64,000 nt of DNA from Anthoceros angustus. Its lineage: Eukaryota; Plantae; Anthocerotophyta. Both the position numbers and the translations under genes were made by a program. The number at the start of each line of letters is the position of its first letter. Position 1 is the stretch's first letter. The DNA is taken from the NCBI GenBank assembly GCA_010909165.1, contig MU008164.1, forward strand, positions 248,001 through 312,000, read 5' to 3'. The notes below the pieces were generated by a model. The model saw only the letters and a program-made list of their open reading frames with translations. It was not told the DNA's origin and ran no database searches. Shown in pieces: positions 59,211 to 64,000 of the stretch.

Positions 59211-62200
59211 ACGGACCTTTTGGTCTTTTTTTGTGTTTGGTGCTTGGGACCTTCCAGCCATTCTCTCAGGTTTTCTGCCTTTTCTACTCCTCTTTCTCTG
59301 TCACGCACACGCTTGACGTCCGATTTCCAAGGTTGTTTCTGATTTCAAGTTTCATTCAGCTTTTGTCCGAGGGCCAAGGCGGTTGGTTTCTCACTTGTTG
59401 CGGTCCGGGCCAAGGTGCTCAAGGCCAAGTTCTAAGGTCCATCCGCTTAGCTTTTAGTTGCCTTAGTTTTTTGCGCCTTGTGGTGCTTGCATCATGTCGG
59501 GTTTCGTCTTTTAGCTTGCCTTTTGCTGTAGTCGAGTCCGTTTCCATTGTATTTTGATGTGCTTTCGGCCGAGGAGCTGGGTTTCTGTTCCTTGCCTTTT
59601 ATGTTTACGCAAGCTTTGTCCGGCCAAGGTCTTCTTGTTCGAGGTTTCTTCATTGTTGTTTTGTCGAGGCCAAGGGTTTTGGGGCTTGACCTTCCGCTAT
59701 TCCCTCTGCTGCGTCGTCTCTGTCTCTTCCTTCTTTTCTCTATGTCCCCACGCATCGCTTGACGTCCGATTTCCAAGGTTGTTTCTTTCAAGTTTCATTC
59801 GGCTTTTGTCCGAGGCCAAGGCGGTTGGTTTCTCACTTGCGGCCAAGGTGCTCGCGGTCAAGGCGCTTCTAAGGTCCAGCTCCTAGCCCTTTGTTTTTAG
59901 ATGTCTTAGCGTTTTGCGCCTGCCTTTGTTGTTTGCATCATGTCGGTTGATTCTGCTTTTGTTAGCTTGCTTGACAGTTAGCTTTGTCTTAGCGTTTCTT
60001 TTATGTTTCGCTTGCCTTTTATGTTTACGCTTTATGCTTTCCGTCCGGCCAAGGTCTTCTTTGTTATTCGAGGTTTCTTCATTGTTGTTTTGTTCGAGGC
60101 CAAGGGTTTTGCTTGTTGCCTTGTCGTATTCCCTCTCCTTCCAGGTCTGTCTCCTCTTGTTTTTCTCTATGTCCCCTCGCTGCGTTTGTCCGATTTGTTG
60201 TTTCTGATTTCAAGTTTCATTCTCACGAGGGCCAAGGCGGTTGGTTTCTTTGTTATGTGCCAAGGTGCTCGCTTTAATCTAAGGTCCAGCTCGCTGTTTT
60301 TAGATGTCTTAGCGTTTCTTTTCGCCCGTCTTGTGGTGCTTGCATCATGTGTTGTCTTTTGTCTTGTTAGCTTGCATGCTGTTAGCTTGCATGTTGCTCA
60401 GTTTCCTTTTATGTTTCGCTTTATGCTTTCTTCCGGCCAAGGTCTTCTTTGTTATTCGAGGTTTCTTTTATTGTTGTTTTGTTCGAGGCCAAGGGTTTTG
60501 CGTTGTCGATTGTGTCTGCCAGGTGTCTTTTGTCTCATGCTTTCGACTATAAGTGTTACACTCGTTTGTTCTCACTTGCCTTTTATGTTTACGCTTTATG
60601 CTTTCCGTCCGGCCAAGGTCTTCTTTGTTGTTTTGTTCGAGGTTTCTTTGCTCGTGTTCTCATTTTGCTCTTGTTGGTTGTTGCTTTTGTATCATCATCA
60701 CTTGTTGTCGATGGTCTTTTTGTGTGACTATGTTGCTCAGTCTTGAGCTTTTCTTTGTGGTATTGCCTTACATGTTAATGTTGTCGCTTGTTCAGTTACT
60801 TTACGTTCAACACTCGTGGCTTTGATACCATGTAATGTCTTGTATTACATTGTGTCTTGTGTTTTCATCTCTGCTTTCATTTTCTATATATGCTATGTCT
60901 TGTTTAATAAGTCATTTTGTTTCGCTTGGTGTTTATCTCGTTTTACTCAAACATTCTTGTTTATCCTTATGGTGTCTTTCGGAGCGTGTCATTGTTATCT
61001 TATATGTCTGCTTTTGTTCTTCTTTGTGAAGTATAAACATTGTTCTGTTTTACGATTAAGGCATCGAGTTGCTTTGACTTGATTTGTAATCTGCTTGTTT
61101 GTCTATTTCAAAGTGTTGCGTCTTAACTCCGTTCGAGTGTTATTCGAGGTTTCTTTTATGTTCTTATTTTCATGCGGAAGAGCTTGTTCCATGCATCGCC
61201 TTTGGGCAAAACATTTTAAAGGTATTTGTTTTGTTCGAGGCCAAGGTCTTCTTTGTTGTTTTGTTCGAGGTTTCTTTGCTCGTGTTTCTTGTTTGTTCGT
61301 ATTTTGGAAGGTAGATCACTTTTCCGCCACCGCCTTTGCTACCGCAGCGAATTGTCTTTTCTGTCATCCTTTTGTCGTGGTTAGTCACTTTCAGGTTTGT
61401 CTAATTTGATGTATATTTAGTTTCGTGTTTTATGTCTGACTTTTTGTTCTTGTTTATTGCATTATGTCGGGTTTCTGTGGTTTGTATTTCTTGGTCATGG
61501 TTGGTGTTGCCTGGGTTCAATCGTGGTTCTTTTGCGCTGCTATGTTTGTTTCATCGATGCTGGTTTGTTGTTAACTCTTTTTCTGGCCTTTTGTTGCAGA
61601 CCAGCCCACGCACCAGAAAATTCTTAGGGTTGAATTCAGGATTTTAGTAAGAGATGTTTACACCCTTTCCTTTGGTTTTCAGTTTCTGTTCTTCAGACAT
61701 TCCGAAAATATCTGCACCTCACTAAACTCGTTTCATTGTAGGCGAAATTTGTCATCGTGTGAAGGGCTGCTCTTCCAACATTCTAAGTCAGTCTCGTGTC
61801 GGGGATAACTATTTGCCCGAGTGTGAAATTCGGTGTTTCTTGGATGTCACGATCAAGGCTCGTTGTGTCTTTGCTAATCTATCAATATTATTGGCGAGAA
61901 AAAGTGTTTTGAAGTATGTGGGTTTGTTAAAATGGAAGTTTCTCTCTAACTTAAAATGGAGGGATCGCAAAATCTAACAATGTATAGATCAAAGGATGTG
62001 TCTCAATATCTCCCACACCCTCCTTCTTTTCGATTGTGGTATAATCAACTTTTAGACCCTTCAGAGTTCATTTGAAAGCATTCACCTCCATGTAAGTCTT
62101 TTCATATTGGTTTGCAAGTTCATTAACTGTTCAAATGTTTTTTGTGTTTTGATCACCGGTGCTTTTCTTTAGATGGCACCCAAAAGGAAACCGGGCTTGG

Positions 62201-62399
62201 ACCGGAAAGAAGCAAGGGTCCTCCAAGTCATGGCTAAGCCGCATTACTAGGCATGTGTCAAGTCGGGTCCTCTCTGCAACTCATCCACCGCAGGATGATG
62301 GTAAAGTTGATGGTGTCTTGGTGCAGTGAAGGAACATATTTAGTTCCAAAAAGGCATTCCTAAACCGCCAAGGCACTTCTCATCCAAGAAGGATGCTCG

Positions 62400-64000
62400 A
62401 CGCCGGTGAGTTTGTGTAAGAGAAGAAGGGTTGACACTCGACTGTGGCATTGGTTGAAGGTCCTCTTGGAGATTACTAACTATGTCCCATTAATCCGAGA
62501 GAGGGGTCCAGGTTGTGGGGAGAATGATTTCTTGATAACGACGATCCCATGGTTGTGAGCCAAAGCCTGTCTAGAGTCTAGAGATTTGTGTCTGTGGTTG
62601 AGCAGATGCTTTTCTGAGGTGTTCCATACTGTTGTGGTTCGACCGGAGTCATCCCCGATCAAGAAGTGCTCGATATGTTTGAGAGGCTAAAGTGTCGGTC
62701 AGATGACTTTGCCATGGGTATGGAGGAAATTGATGATGAAGAAATTTTGAGGAGGATTTGACCCGTGTCCCGGAGGGAGCTGTGAATGATGCTTTGAGTG
62801 GTGGGGAGGATAGGTCAAAGCGGGAATAAGCGGTGTCAAGTCGCCGGGCCTTTATGAAAGTGAGTGGGGTCGGGGATGGGATATCGTTGAGGATATTCCT
62901 TACAAGGATCTAAATCTTATTCGATACCCTTTTTCCATCAAGTTCGAATCAAGGACAACAGGAGATTTTCTCCAAACGTAAGTAGTGATGTTTTCTTACT
63001 TGTTGATTTTGATAGTTCGACTTTCCTTCACATGGTGATTCGATCTTCACTTGTGCGGTGATGTCTTTCTTTCGTGGGTTTAACCGATTTTAACAAGGAA
63101 GTGCATCCCAACCAAAGCCGGCTTGGTTCGATGTTCGTGATCAACATGTTTCATGGAATTTTCCATGGGTGCGTGGTTGCGTCCATGAAAATCAAAGGAC
63201 CTTGGGATTGTGTCATGTCGAAAAGAGGTGAAGTTGATTTTGATGATGAGTGATTCTTTCACAGAGATCATCAATGCTCATTTGGGCGGGGGGCTCAGAA
63301 AAGGTAATATTGTTGGTTTTGGGGGTGCACTTTGATTGTTCATTTTTGGTCTCTTAAACTTGGAGCCCTTATGCTTATATGTTTTGCAGGTGTGCATATT
63401 TTTGCATGACCAGGTTTGGAGTTCGAGGTGGTGAAGAGTTACATAACCTGCTCATTAGGGACTTCTCATTTGCAGATTCAAAGTGGACCTTTTGTTCAAG
63501 AGGGTGTAGTCTTTTGTTCATTGTTGTTTGATGTTTTGATGTACTGTATTGAGCTCGTCTTCATTTGCAGGTATGAAGAACGGCATTCAAAAAATTACAA
63601 AGTGGATATGAAGAACTACCAGAGTGAGCATTTCCGTCAAAAGGTCAAGATCTACGAAAAGGACGTCATCGAAACCTTTAAAGCTGTTATTGATCACTCT
63701 CCCAAGTGGTCTGCACATGACAAGAATTTGTCAATTCAGGGGTTTCTCTTCAATTCAACCATTGATAACCCAAGATCCAATGTAAGTTTTTGGTTTATTG
63801 GGCTTGAGTTTTGTGGTTTGTATTTACTAACTGCTTGTTTTTGTTCGGCTTGGTATGCAAAACTTCGTGTTTCAAAAGGAATGTTGTCAAGATTTATGAA
63901 GACCATGGGGCAGTGGGCTTGTTGGCTACTACACCAATAAGAGCTGCCGTGTATGATTACACGCTTGACGATGGCTCGGTGCCCTCGATCTTTGGGAGAA
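62400..64000 (+). CDS. Crypton-like tyrosine recombinase, spliced (copy 2, runs off the right edge)
   Basis: Exon 63016-63303 (D..F..F...MK...K..EV..DDE), intron 63304-63389 (GTAATA...TTTTGCAG), then CAYFCMTRFGVRGGEELHNLLIRDF; YEERHSKNYKVDMKNY; WYAKLRVSKGMLSRFMKTM; YTNKSCRV at ~63930-63953. Confidence 0.82.

Noticed and set aside
7980-64000. Treating every frameshift as true pseudogenisation
   Set aside because: Most are 1-2 bp indels, often in homopolymers, and differ between adjacent tandem copies, consistent with long-read consensus error. Activity status cannot be judged here, so 'pseudogene' labels are provisional.

Overview
Eukaryotic, repeat-dense DNA, probably from a streptophyte alga or early-diverging plant (inferred from a plant-type arginine decarboxylase and short GT-AG introns). 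The only clear host gene is the intronless 5' part of ADC (1-748, minus). The rest is nested mobile DNA with many 1-2 bp indels, so frameshifts may be consensus errors rather than decay. (1) A DDD-transposase DNA transposon (Sola-like) spans 11401/12653-26156, with ~28-bp TIRs and a TTGG target duplication. Divergent from its spliced transposase it carries a multi-exon gene fusing a ParB/Srx-like domain (VLGGNHTYAA) to a beta-class N4C/N6A DNA methyltransferase. A 2.4-kb relative (23-bp perfect TIRs, CCAA duplication) is inserted in that transposase, and the whole element sits just upstream of a third related transposase. (2) Three more methyltransferase loci and one N-terminal fragment lie at 33.5-53 kb. 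(3) A ~10-kb unit present twice (about 34.4-44 kb and 52-64 kb) pairs an unknown multi-exon gene with an intron-containing Crypton-like tyrosine recombinase; in the second copy the unknown gene runs toward a methyltransferase domain. Also present: LINE remnants, a solo LTR, minisatellites, a (CG)n tract, at least six microhomology-bounded tandem duplications and two small inversions. All family assignments come from motifs read by eye; no database searches were run.
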